The position numbers and the translations under genes were made by a program. 64,000 nucleotides of DNA from Malacoraja senta. Lineage: Eukaryota. The notes beneath the pieces were generated by a model. It was given only the letters and a program-made list of their open reading frames with translations, was not told where the DNA came from and made no database searches. Below are positions 25,430 through 38,135 of the stretch, one piece after another. Location: NCBI GenBank assembly GCA_038087875.1, contig CM075990.1, positions 17,982,001-18,046,000 on the forward strand. Direction: 5' to 3'. Each line of letters begins with the position of its first letter. The stretch's first letter is position 1.

Positions 25430-27897
25430 AATTCAATTCCTTTATTGTCATCTTGCAAGCAACAGTTGTACAGTGCTAAAACGAAAAGACGTTTCCCAGG
25501 GAATACCGGAGCATCGCACATGACGTTTAAAACATTTCACACATAATAACATTAAAAACAAAAACAATCCAGTCCCAGATGGAACAGTATAAAGTTAAAA
25601 TAGATAAAAACAACGTTAAAATACAGTAAGACCAATCATAAACATGTCCGGGGTGGCTGATTTGAGTGGCCAGTGCCAGTTATTGAAATGGCCAGTGCCA
25701 GTTATTATAGTGTCCGTGCCAAGCCGCAGAATCAGGTGACTGTGAGTACAGAGTGACTGTTTAGCAGCCTCACAGCATATGGCAGGAAGCTGTTTAGCAG
25801 TCTTGTAGTCCGGGCTTTGATGCTGCGATATCTCTTGCCTGATGGCAGGAGATCCAGGTGTATGTGGAGGGGGTGCAGTTTGTCCTTAGCAATTCTCTGA
25901 GCTTTTTTCCGATAGCGGCTCAGGAACAGTTCTTGTACCGAGGGTAGGGAGACGCCAATGATCTTCTCTGCTCCCCTCACTACCCTCTGCAGAGCCTTCC
26001 TGTCCGAGCAGTTGCAGGTGGAGTACCACGTATTTAAACAGTACGTGAGTACAGACTCCACCGTACCCCTGTAGAAAGACCTGAGGATGTTGGTGGGGAG
26101 TGAGGCCTGTTTTAGTTTCCTCGGGAAGTGCAGTCGCTGATGGGCCCTTTTGACGGTCCCAGTGGTGTTTCTGGACCAGGTGAGGCTGTCTGTAATTTGC
26201 ACCCCGAGGAACTTTATGCTCTCCACTCTCTCCACTGTGGCGCCACTGATGTTAAGGGGTGCATGCTTTGGCTGCGCCCTCCTGAAGTCGACAACCATCT
26301 CCTTTGTTTTGTCAACGTTTAATTCTAGATTATTTTTGCCGCACCATTCCACTAGTTGTTTTACTTCCTCCCTGTACATTGATTCATCATCTCCGCTGAT
26401 GAGTCCCACCACTGTTGTGTCATCCGCGAATTTTATGATCTTATTGTCCCTGAATCTGGCAGCACAGTCATGTGTGAGCAATGTGAACAACAGCGGGCTG
26501 AGCACACAGCCTTGAGGGGAGCCGGTGCTCAGCGTGATCGAGCCTGAAGTGTTCTTGCCCACACGGACTGACTGCGGTCTCTCTGTCAGAAAGTCCAAGA
26601 TCCAGTGACACAGGGTGGTGTTGAGGCCCAGCAGGGTTAGTTTCTCCACAAGTCTCTGTGGGATGATGGTGTTGAACGCTGAGCTGAAGTCAATGTACAG
26701 GATTCTGGCGTATGTGTTTCTTTTTTCCAGATGCGTGAGCACTGTGTGCAGCGTGGTAGAGATGGCATCCTCTGTAGAACGGTTGGGGCGATAGGCAAAC
26801 TGGAGGGGGTCTAACGATGAGGGGAGGAATGTGGGGTTTCACCAGGCGTTCAAAACACTTCATTATTATTGGGGTCAGGACGACAGGGCGGTAGTCATTT
26901 AGGCAGGCAACAACTGGTTTCTTCGCTATGGGGATTATTGTACTCGTTTTGAGGCATGTGGGGACAATGGCTTGACTGAGGGAGATGTTATAGATGTCTG
27001 TTAGCACATATGCTAACTCCTCAGCACATTCCTTAAGCACACGTCCTGGGACGTTATCGGGTCCGACTGCTTTCCACGGGTTGACCTTAGACAGGATTCT
27101 CCGTGTGTCCATCGGGTCTATGGTCAGGACTGGCTGGTCAGTTTGTATGCAGGAACTGGCTCTCCCCTTGGGTGTGGTGTTTGCTGCATCAAAACTAGCG
27201 AAGAAGTTGTTCAGTTCATCTGGGAGAGAAGAATCCGTGTCAGTTAGAGCGGATGTGTTACCGGCTCTGTAGGCTGCATCACGAGCCCTCAGCAGCGAGC
27301 GCACCTCTGTCGAAGAGCGGATGTGTTACCGGCTCTGTAGGCTGCATCACGAGCCCTCAGCAGCGAGCGCACCTCTGCTGTCATCCATGGCTTTTTGTTT
27401 CCACGTGCAGTGAAGGTTTTCATGATGGTGACATCCTCGGTGCACTTAGCAATGTAGCTGGTTACAGTCTCTGCGTACTCCTCGATGTTGATGAGGTCAT
27501 CATAGGATGCCGCTGTCCTGAACACATCCCAGTCAGTGTGCAGGAAGCAATCCTGCAGTGCTGAGGCTGCTCCCTCTGGCCAGACCCTGGTGTGTTTTCT
27601 CTCCGCTCTAGCTTGTTTCTGCCGAGGTCTGTAGGCTGGTGTTAAAAACACTGAAATGTGGTCCGAGTGGCCCAGGTGAGGGCGTGGGGCTGCCTTGTAA
27701 GCCTCTGGGGTGTTGGTGTAAACCAAGTCCAAGATGTTCTCTCCCCTGGTCTCAAAATCCACATATTGCTTGAATTTTGGGAGCACCGTCTTAAGGCTGG
27801 TGTGATTAAAATCCCCGGCCACCACAATGAAGCTATCAGGTATGTTAATTGCAAATTGTATCTAGAAGATCAGGTATGTTAATTGCAAAAAAATTGC
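25430..27897 (-). mobile_element. Rex1/Babar-type LINE, 5'-truncated, with an 11-bp TSD
   Basis: APE remnant VAGDFNH...LDLVYTN...HLGHSDH (27289..27825); 336-aa RT ORF 25732..26742 ([27 protein letters not shown]); TSD AATTTGCTTTC at 25419-25429 and 27898-27908; (TTGAA)n tail. Confidence 0.9.
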
Positions 27898-28308
27898 AAT
27901 TTGCTTTCTATTATCTAACTTTTAAGCATCAGAAAAGCTGACTCTGACCTTCTGACTCTTTACTCTTATTGATACTCAAGGAAGGTCAGCCAACCTGCAA
28001 ATTTCTTAAAGCTCAAACAACTTAATTCTGGTTAAACTGTATTTACAGTACAACTTCATTCCTGACCAGTTAGACACTAATGGCAACTAGTTATGACATC
28101 GTTATCTATTCTGCCCACTCCCCTGACATCAGGCTGAAGAAGGATCTCGACCCGAACGTCATCTATTCCTTCTATCCAGAGATGCTGCCTGTCCCGCTGA
28201 GTTACTCCAACATTTTGTGTCTATCTGCACCTAGTTATGAGTTGCAATTCATATTGTACGTCACTATAGAGCACACAGTTCACAGAAAAATTACCATCTT
28301 GAAACTAC

Positions 28309-28588
28309 TTTATTTATGAAACAAGATCAATGTAAATTAATATTAATGTTTCACCTTCTCAGAGGATTTGTTAACTTTAAAAAAAATCTATATTTAAATT
28401 ATAAATATAAAAAGAAATAAGCTGTCTGATGCAGACAAACATTGAACGCTTTTGCAGCTGTGAAATGCAACTTATTAACCTTTCAAAACTTTATCCACAT
28501 TGAGATATTTTAGGAGTAAGACAAGGCAAATTGGATGAAATTATTATTCAAGCCAAATATTACTGGAAATTATTTAAAATGCCACAAA
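28309..28588 (-). other. PLAU 3' UTR with an AU-rich tract and a candidate poly(A) signal
   Basis: AATAAA on the minus strand at 28309-28314 followed by GU/U-rich sequence; ATTTA-containing tract near 28380-28420. Confidence 0.55.
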
Positions 28589-28750
<162 letters not shown>

Positions 28751-29128
28751 TCATTAAAGATAACAAATAAAACATTTCATTCAACTATTACACTAATAAA
28801 TTTAATGATATTGCAACATAAATTTAAAATGAAGGTTGAAATGGATTACAATGTAAACACTTAAGGGAAATATATAAAGTAAATATTATATGTAAATGTG
28901 TTTGAGGTATTTTTCAGATGTGATAAAATGTTTTTTTTATGGACAGATTATGAGATATTCCCCCACCTTGAGCCAGTAATATACATTTTAGATTCGGATA
29001 TCATATCTCAGCTGCAATCTCGGTTGTCAAAGATTACAGGTCAGTTTATCGTTAATACTTTGAATTCTGCCTTCTTGGAATTAAATCTTCATTAGAAAAT
29101 AGAAATGAGCTTTCTTCCATTCACTTAC

Positions 29129-29277
29129 ATTACAAGAATCTATGTTCCAGTCAGGGTGAGCAGCACACAACATGTTGTCAGTCACTTGGTTTCCATAATA
29201 TCGTGAGGACCTGCATAATCGCTGTGAAAGTAAGCGCACTGTTCCGTCTTTCAGGAATTTGGAGAAGAAAGGAGAAA
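29129..29277 (-). CDS. PLAU: Plasminogen activator protease exon, 149 nt
   Basis: (F)SPFFSKFLKDGTVRLLSQRLCRSSRYYGNQVTDNMLCAAHPDWNIDSCN|gtaagt; polypyrimidine-cag acceptor. Confidence 0.93.
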
Positions 29278-29626
29278 CTGAAAAAAAAAGTTTGGATTTG
29301 AGCTTCAGATGTTTTTTAAATTATTTGATAGTCGAGTGAAATATTTCTGGTTGGTGATGAAGAAACCCATTGAGCTCCAAAAGCTGCTCATAAAGATTTA
29401 AGAGGCTTTCAGGTATAATGACGAGATTTAAATTGTCACACTGATGACAATTACACCAAGTAAAATCTTAGTCTAATTGTTTTTTTTTTAACGCTTTTGA
29501 TTTTAATGTGCAAATTTAAGTTCAATAGAGAAATCTATTCTTATAATTTTTTATTCTACAAAAGAAAGTTTTTACTTTGAAAATAAAATTTACAGCAAGA
29601 CCGATTAAATAGAATTTCAAACTTAC

Positions 29627-29767
29627 ATGCTTCTTCTCTGCCATAACCAGAAATTTCACACTGAGTGTTATCTGGAAATCTTAGGTGATTAGAAGGCAGA
29701 CAGATAGGTTGTGCAAATTTAATCTCCTTTGCACACATTCCTGATTGAGATCTCAATTTTAACAGCG
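29627..29767 (-). CDS. PLAU: Plasminogen activator protease exon, 141 nt
   Basis: (A)LLKLRSQSGMCAKEIKFAQPICLPSNHLRFPDNTQCEISGYGREEA|gtaagt. Confidence 0.93.
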
Positions 29768-29958
29768 CTTTAAAAAAGAAGAAAATCCATTTGTCAAATG
29801 CATAACAGACTTGGCTAAAAGATTTATTTTCAGTGAGGAGAAACAATTACTGCTGCATTTCAGGAATTATTACAAACATTTCTTTATGTGCAAGAATTCC
29901 AATTTGAAACTTGTCCATCATTAAAACTAATTTACTATTCCCAACAAACTCATCTTAC

Positions 29959-30095
29959 CGATGTCATTGTCGTATGTATGTTCGTTGAAATTTTGGTGCA
30001 TAATTATCTTTTTGACAAGAAAGTTTTGATCATCTTTTGCATATTCATTTATTGAATGTTTTCCCAGTAATACCATATAGTCTGTAGGGGAAGCA
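29959..30095 (-). CDS. PLAU: Plasminogen activator protease exon (catalytic Asp102), 137 nt
   Basis: (N)ASPTDYMVLLGKHSINEYAKDDQNFLVKKIIMHQNFNEHTYDNDI|gtaaga. Confidence 0.92.
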
Positions 30096-31372
30096 CTAAA
30101 TACCAAAAAAAAAGTTGTGTTAGCACATTGTATTACAGAAAATATGCAAACTTTTGGATTTTAATTTGAATTGCCCTTTTTTTTTAATGAATATTCTCCA
30201 TCTCCCAAGGTCCAAAAATAACATACAAAATGTATTATTTCTTCTTCACATTGAAAGTATCATTATTTGCATTATTCATCACCTCTGTTCTTTAAGGTAC
30301 CAAAGTGTGCTTGTGTGACACAGTAGATAAAGAATCAACATCAAGCAGAACTATTTATTATTGTCACATTTATAGAGGTACAGTGAAAAGCTTGCTTTTG
30401 CATGCTGTCCAAACAGATCAGATAACACAATATATATACAATCAGGTCAAACTCATACTACTCTATAGTAGAGCAAAGGGGAAGATACGCAGTGCAGAAT
30501 ATAGTTCTTAACATTGTAGCACAAAAGTTCCTTAAACAAAGTCCAATGTCTACAATGGGGTAGAGCTGAATCGGACAGTATAGCTTATGGAAGAACTATT
30601 CAAAACCCTGTGTAACAGAGGGGAAGAAGCTGTTCCTAGTTGTGGCAGTGCACACTTTCAAGCCTCTGCTGAATGTGAGCAGGAAGAAGGAGACCGGAAT
30701 AGGATCAATCTTTGATTATGTCAGCTTTATTTCTGAGGCAGCGTAGATGGAGTAAATGATGGGATGCCTGGTCTGTGTGATGGACTGAGCTTCATCTACA
30801 ACTCTGCAATTTCTTGCGGTCTTGGGTAGAACTCTTCCCAATCCAAGTTGTGATGCAACCCAACAGTATGCTTTCTATGGTACATACGTAGATGTTTGTA
30901 TGAGTATGGAGACATGCCGAATTTCATCCATCTCCACAGGAAGTAGAGGTGTTGGCATGCCTTCTTGGCTGTCGCATCAATGTGGTTGGTCCAAGGCAGA
31001 TAATTGGTAGTAATAACACCAAGAACTTGAAACTCTCAACCATTTCCACTTGCCTCCATTAATGCTGATTGGGGCAAATGCTCCACCATGCTTCCCGAAG
31101 TCGGTAACAAACTCCTTTGCTGACATTGAGGGAGAGGTTGTTATAGATGTAGCTCAGTCTATCATACAGACCAGATTTCTCACCATTGACTCCATCTTCT
31201 CTGCCTCTTAAAAGCAACCAAATAAATCAAAGACGTTCTATCCTGGACATTTCTTCTTCTCCCTGCTCTGCCTGGCAAAGGTACTGATTGTTTGAAAGTG
31301 CGCATCACTAGTCTCGGACACCTTCTTCCCCTTCATTATTAGGCTTCTGAATATGGTCCTTGAATAAATTAA

Positions 31373-32971
31373 AGGGCCTGTCCCACTTTGCGATTTTTTT
31401 CAGCGACTGCGAACATCAGTGACTGACGCCCTAAAAACCGTCAAGTTGTACGACACTCTGCGTCACCGACATGTCAAGTCAAGTCAAGTCAAGTCACATT
31501 TATTTATATAGCACATTTAAAAAACAACTCTCGTTGGCCAAAGTGCTTTACATTTGTTATAAGAATATAAATAAACAAACTACATACATATATACATATA
31601 GCTCTCACTCAGAGGACGTCAAGAAAGGCTTGGGAGTATAGATGAGATTTTAGTCTTGACTTAAAGGAGTCGATGGAGGGGGCAGTTCTGATGGGAAGGG
31701 GGATGCTGTTCCACAGTCTAGGGGCTGCAACCGCAAAGGCGTGGTCGCCCCTGAGCTTATGCCTAGACCGCGGGATATTCAGCAACCCCAAGTCGGCCGA
31801 TCTGAGGGACCTGGAGGTGGATGGTGGGTGAGAAGACTTTTAATGTAGGTGGGGGCAAGCCCATTGAGGGCTTTGTAGACATAGAGGAGGATCTTGAAAT
31901 GTATACGGAACCGCACAGGGAGCCAGTGGAGAGAGGCCAGGATTGGGTTGATGTCAAGCACGTCACCCGCCTTCACAACACAAGAAGGTTACACCGAAGA
32001 ATAATAATCACATTGGAATGAACACCTGGTTCCTTGTCAGTTTGCCCGCTGCTTGAACAGATGGGGTCTGGGGTTTTTAAGTACGCTCTGGGGTTTTTAA
32101 GTACGAGTCAATCTCTGCGAGATCTCTGTTTTAACCCAGCAGTATCCTGTTTCTATCTCGCCATGCTCCACTCCCGTTCTCCCAGCCGAGTCACCGGGAC
32201 TAACTGGATCTCTGCTGCAGATATCGTTCTGCTTTCAATTCCCGCCGTTCGTAAATTCCGCCCCTCTCCCTTTACATTCAGTAACATTTCCCTTGGACAT
32301 ACCAAAGCCAATAATCTATAAGCCATCGGCGCCCAGTCCCAGTCCCTGAGATCGCCGCTTCTAAGCATTCTCCTCCAATCTAAACAAGCAAGCTTGTGTT
32401 CGTCCTAGTGGACTGCTCAGACCCCCTCGCTAGTTATTGGGGATCTCTTTAAATAGCGATACATTACACGTGTGTCTATCTTTGTGATTACAACCGCAAT
32501 GAGGACGACCCTCGCTAGTCATTCTCACCTTGTGCCAACTTGCGTGCGTATATCATAAGAAATAAAACAGCAAAGTTGCAGGTGTGGAGCAGATCAGGGC
32601 CATTACTTACTTGGGATTTGAGGAATTCCAATATATAGGTGCCAAAATTTTCACTATTTGATACAGCCATCCTATAGATCAGAAATGAACTTATCTACAA
32701 TAAATCTAAGGACCAATAACTTTTTAATAGAGAAGTCGGCGCTTTATATACCCGCGTTACCGGCCGTCACCGGCAGGACAGCATACGTCAGGCGTGTGAC
32801 AGGGCGCACAACACGATATGACACCCAGATGTCGCCTGAAGATTTTGAACATTCCAAAATCCAGGGGCGACAGGGAGACACGGCGCGTCACCGCACGTCA
32901 CCCTCCCACCACGCCGCGACAAACTCTTTTCAAGCTGTTGCTGAAAATGTCGCCCAAGTGGGACAGGCCCT
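31373..32971. mobile_element. PIF/Harbinger-type non-autonomous DNA transposon containing an L2 insertion
   Basis: 16-bp perfect TIR AGGGCCTGTCCCACTT (imperfect to about 38 bp); TAA TSD at 31370-31372 and 32972-32974; no transposase ORF. Confidence 0.8.
31479..31950 (-). mobile_element. L2-clade LINE 3' fragment with an 8-bp TSD
   Basis: LASLHWLPVRFRIHFKILLYVYKALNGLAP; AFAVAAPRLWNSIP...FKSRLKSHLY; (TTGAC)n tail; ATGTCAAG at 31471-31478 and 31951-31958. Confidence 0.85.
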
Positions 32972-33074
32972 TAAGGTACTGTTTGATTCACCTCCACCCC
33001 AATGAGAACTTTGCAGTTTATGAACAGGACTGTTACGCTACAATGTTGAGAACTTCTAAAAACTGCAATGCTGA

Positions 33075-34112
33075 GAATATTCTAAGGAATAAGGTATACA
33101 TGCATGAGGAGGGCTGATTAGGGACAGTCAGCATGGTTTTGTACGTGGGTGGTTGTATCTCATGAATCTGATTTTAGTTTTTTAAAGATGTAACCACAAA
33201 GGTTAATGAGGGCAGAGCTGTAGATGTTGTATGTATGGATTTCAGCAAGGCATTCGACAAGGTTCCGAGTGGTGGATTGCTCTGGAATGTTAGATCGCAT
33301 AAGCTGACCGAATAGAAAATTGGTTTCATGGAAGAAAGCAGAGGGTGTTGGTGGAAGATTGTTTTTCCGACGATAGGCCTGCGTTAAGTGGTGTGCTTTC
33401 AGGTACGGTGCTGGGCTCATTGTTGTTTGTCATCTATATCAATGATTTGGATGAGGACATCATGAACAGGTTTGCAAATGACACATAAGTGGGTAGTATT
33501 GTTGATAGTGAAGATCATCGTCAAAAATTGCAGCAGGATCTTGATCGTTTGGGCAGGCGGGGTGACGAATGGTTGATGGGATTTAATACAGAGAAATGCG
33601 AGGTGTTGGGAAGTTGGAAAGTCTAACATGGGCAGGACCTAAACAGTGAATGGTAGGGCACTGGGGAGTGTTATAGAGCAGAGGGGTCGAGGAGTGCAAG
33701 TAAGTTCTTTGAAAGTGGTGTCACAAGAAGATACAGTGGTCAAAAAGTTTTTGGCGCATTGGCCTTCATCAGGCAGTGTGGCGTATAGAGGTTGTGAGGT
33801 CATGCTGCAGTTATATAAGACGTTGGTGAAGCCACATTTAGAGTATTGTGTTCTGTTTTGGTCACCAGGTATAAGCAAAAAATGTTCCAAGCTGGAAATG
33901 GTGCAGGGAAGATTTATGAGGATGTTGCCAGGAATCGAGGATATGATCTTTTGGGAGAGGTCGCACGCTAGGACTTTATTCCTTGGAGCACAGGAGGATG
34001 AAAGGTGATCTTATAGAGAGGTATGTAAGATCATGAGAGAAATAGATAGGGTAAAAGCATTTTTACCCAGAATAGAGGAATCAAGAACCAGAGGTAGTAG
34101 CTTTAAAGAGAG
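33075..34112 (+). mobile_element. Old CR1 LINE RT region, decayed
   Basis: Degenerate QHGF, MDFSKAFDKV, FAND and LYKTLVKPHLEYC motifs. Confidence 0.8.
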
Positions 34113-34114
34113 GT

Positions 34115-34420
34115 AGAACATGGATAGGTGATGTATCACGGAGTGCTGGAGTAACTCAGCAGGTCAGACAGCATCTCTGGAGAACATGGATAGGTGACGT
34201 TTCACAAAGTGCTGAAGTAACTCAATGGGTCAGACAGCATCTCTGGAGAACATGGCTAGGTGACATTTCAGGTGGTGACTCGTATTCAGACTGAATAGGG
34301 TCTCGACCTGAAACGTCATTATCCATGTTCTCCAAAGATGCTGCATGACCTGCTGAGTTACTCCAGCACTCTGTGAAACGTCACCTATTCATGTTCTCCA
34401 GCACTTTGTGTCCTTTTGTG
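34115..34420. repeat. Fold-back array of Penelope-type terminal repeats (66-bp tandem units plus inverted copies)
   Basis: agaacatgg(a/c)taggtga starts at 34115, 34181 and 34247; symmetry centre tattcag-a-ctgaata 34283-34297; inverted units follow. Confidence 0.8.
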
Positions 34421-34987
34421 TATTAATCAGCATAGTCATACAGCTCGGAAACAGGCCCTTCGGCCCAACTTGTACTCACTGACCAACATGTCCATCTACT
34501 CTCGTCCCACCTGCCTGTTTGGCCCATATCCCTCTAAACCTATCCTATCCATGTACCTGTCTTAAACATTGCAATAGTACTTCCCTCAACTACCACCTCA
34601 TACAGTTCATTTCAGCTTCTGCAGTTCTTTGTTTCTAGATAATGAGAGAAAGTTTGTATTCCAATATTTATTCAAATTCATTATTACTGCTGGCACAATA
34701 CCACTGAATTTTAATAGTTTATTGCCAAACTGGAAAGTTCAGCTCTTTGGAAGAGTAAATGTTATATTTGACTAAAAGCTAACATTGTAGTCAGGCTTTT
34801 TAATGAAAAAAGGCACCAAAGATCACAGGCAGTGAAGATTATGAGAGTTCAGATAGAGCAGTTCAGCTTGAATTATACAACAGAATGCAAGCTTAAGGCC
34901 TGCTACTTATTACAGGGCGCGAACCGAATAAAATCTATTCTTAACAATGTTCATATTACTAAATTCATATTGTGAAGTGTGACCTAC

Positions 34988-35180
34988 TTGGTTTTAATAC
35001 AGTGTGCAGCTGTCAGAACCCAGCAAGAGTTGATCAGACTTCCTCCACATTGAAAAATGGGTTTATTGGATCGTTTTTCAATAACGAAGAGTGCTGCTTG
35101 CCAAGGGTGAGAATCAATTGTGGTTCGAGCTCCTCCAACAATCTTATGAATTTTATGCGGTCTTTGACCACACTCTGACT
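34988..35180 (-). CDS. PLAU: Plasminogen activator exon with activation site and catalytic His57, 193 nt
   Basis: (K)SECGQRPHKIHK/IVGGARTTIDSHPWQAALFVIEKRSNKPIFQCGGSLINSCWVLTAAHCIKT|gtagg. Confidence 0.94.
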
Positions 35181-36771
35181 CTGTTGAGAGAAGATAAACA
35201 TGGGCAGTCCAATCATATTTTTTGAATATTAAAATACCTATTAAATGTTTCATAATCAGAAAGAATAAGAATAAGAATAATACAGGCCACAACTGCAGAA
35301 TAGACCACATTCTGAAACTGTTAATGAAAAGTAGCAGCAGAATTTTTGGGCACTTTAATTACTTACAGTGGGCCACCCACCCTTCTCCAAAATTCATGTC
35401 ATAACAGCATTGGGTCCCCCGTGAAATGTGACTATTTCACAGCAGCATCGCTCTGTGGTAAAACTCAGTTATATTAAAATCTGAAACCTTCACTATTCCA
35501 GAATAGAGCTTCAATGACCAGTTTGTGCAGTTAGTTCATTCCACCAGCAGCAACAAAATGTTTTACAATTCATTGGTCTCTGAATTAGAGGCTTTTATTG
35601 AAAGCACAGGTGGATGAATCTAGGGTAAAGATACGCATGAAATCTATGCTAGTTCTATTGGTAGTGGTGCAAACTATGTGCCAAAAACTGGTCTCAATAT
35701 TAATGAGTGGCTGGTTGGATGTAGAACCTATATTTTGGTCAATTGTTTTACATCTGACGAGGTGGGAAGGGGGGTAGATGAGAGAATCAGACATTGATGA
35801 AACTTAAGTTGCACAGGCACAAATCCAATAAATACTTCTCATGCATTAATGGCAAGTTTTGTACATTTACAATGGATCAAAGAGAGTTATGTATTGTTGG
35901 GGTGCAGTACTTTTGTTCCTCAGCAATAACATTTTCTGATTTAGTTTTACATTCCTTGGGGAAATATTCGTTAATTTTCATACTTTCATCAATGAAAGCA
36001 TATTGGTGAAGTGGGCCATGAACAAAATTAACAGGGTAGTGTTGGGAAGAATTGCTATTAATGGAGAAGTTTTGGATGGGTAAAATTGGAATCAAGTTAC
36101 AACTCTGGACATAGCGAACAAGAGAATCATTAAGATGTCGAAACAAGGCATTGCAGATGTAAATTTACGAAAGAAGACACAAAGTGCTGTAGTAACTCTG
36201 GAGAACATGAGTAGACAATAGACAATAGGTGCAGGAGTAGGCCATTTGGCCCTTCGAGCCAAGGTGACATTATTCAATCTATGTTCTCCAGTGATGCTGC
36301 TTGACCTGCTAAGTTACTCTAACATTTTATGTTTTATTTTGTTTGAAAGAATAATTAAGATGGGCATTGCATTGTTCCCCAAAGAGTATAAATTTAAGGA
36401 ACAATGCTCAAAGCATTACACTTGTGACACAATAGGACATCATTAGTGAGAGTTGGGGCCAGAAATTTGCAGATAATAAAGTTGGTGTTGGTGGATAAAT
36501 GGGCTTGGATTTGAGAGACAGATTCTGTCAGGGATTTTGGAAAAAGATGAGTTTAGAAATGGACAGCAGTTAATGTGCATTGTAGAGGAAGGCAATAATC
36601 TTTTTGACCTTAGAGCAACAATATCTGAGAAGACATAATTTACAATATCAGCTAGCACGAGGTTCAAGGAGGAAAGTGGGCTAATCGGCGCTTATGAGAA
36701 GGGAACTAAGAGATCTGAAGAGAATCTTACATACAAGTTGAGTGTAGACAGGGGATGAGGAGGAAATTGAG

Positions 36772-38135
36772 AGACAATAGACAATAGGTGCAGGAGTAGG
36801 CCAATCGGCCCTTCGAGCCAGCACCGCCATTCAATGTGATCATGGCTGATTATCCCCAATCAGTACCCTGTTCCTGCCTTCTCCCCATTTCCCCTGACTC
36901 CGCTATCTTTAAGAGCCCTATCTAGCTCTCTCTTGAAAGTATCCAGAGAACCGGCCTCCACAGCTCTCTGAGGCAGAGAATTCCACAGACTCACAACTCT
37001 CTGTGAGAAAAAGTATTTCCTCATCTCCGTTCTAAATGGCATCCCTTATTCTTAAACTGTGGCTCCTGGTTCTGGACTCCCCCAACATCAGGAACATGTT
37101 TCCTGCCTCTAGCGTGTCCAAACCCTTAACAATCTTATATATTTCAATAAGATTCCCTCTCATCCTTCTAAACTCCAGAGTGTACAAGCTCAGCCGCTCC
37201 ATTCTCTCAGCATATGACAGTCCCGCCATCCCGGGAATTAACCTTTTAAACCTACGCTGCACTCCCTCAATAGCAAGAATGTCCTTCCTCAAATTAGGGG
37301 ACCAAAACTGCACACAATACTCCAGATGTGGTCTCACTAGGGCCCTGTACAACAACAGAAGGACCTCTTTGCTCCTATACTCGACTCCTCTTGTTATAAA
37401 GGCCAACATGCTATTAGCTTTCTTCACTGCCTGCTGTACCTGCATGCTTACTTTCATAGACTGATTAACAAGGACCCCCAGATCCCGTTGTACTTTCCCT
37501 TTTTCCAACGACACCATTTAGATAGTAATCTGCCTTCCTGTTTTTGATACCAAAGTGGATAACCTCACATTTATCCACATTAAACTTCATCTGCCATGCA
37601 TCTGCCCACTCCCCCAACCTGTCCAAGTCACCCTGCATTCTCAAAGCATCCTCCTCACGGTTCACACTGCCACCCAGCTTTGTGTCATCTGCAAATTTGC
37701 TAATGTTACTTTGAATCCCTTCATCCAAATCGTTGATGTATATTGTAAATAGCTGCGGTCCCAGCACCGAGCCTTGCGGTACCCCACTAGTCACTGCCTG
37801 CCATTCTAAAAGGGACCCGTTAATCCCTACTCTTTGTTTCCTGTCTGCCAACTAATTTTCTATCCATGTCAGCACTCTACCCCCAATACCATGCGCCCTA
37901 ATTTTGCCCACTAATCTCCTATGTGGGACCTTATCAAATGCTTTCTGAAAGTCCAGGTACACTACATCCACTGGCTCTCCCTTGTCCATTTTCCTAGTTA
38001 CATCCTAAAAAAATTCCAGAAGATTAGTCAAGCATGATTTCCCCTTCGTAAATCCATTCTGACTCCGACCGATCCTGTTACTGCTATCCAAATGTGTGGC
38101 TATTTCATCTTTCATAATTGACTCCAGCATCTTCC
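36772..38135 (-). mobile_element. CR1 LINE 5'-truncated copy, (CTATTGT)n-tail subfamily
   Basis: ORFs 37465..37851 (FADD), 37032..37517 and 36860..37042. Confidence 0.92.

Noticed and set aside
34115..34420. CRISPR-like regularly spaced repeats
   Set aside because: Whole 66-bp units are repeated with no unique spacers; eukaryotic retroelement context and no cas genes.
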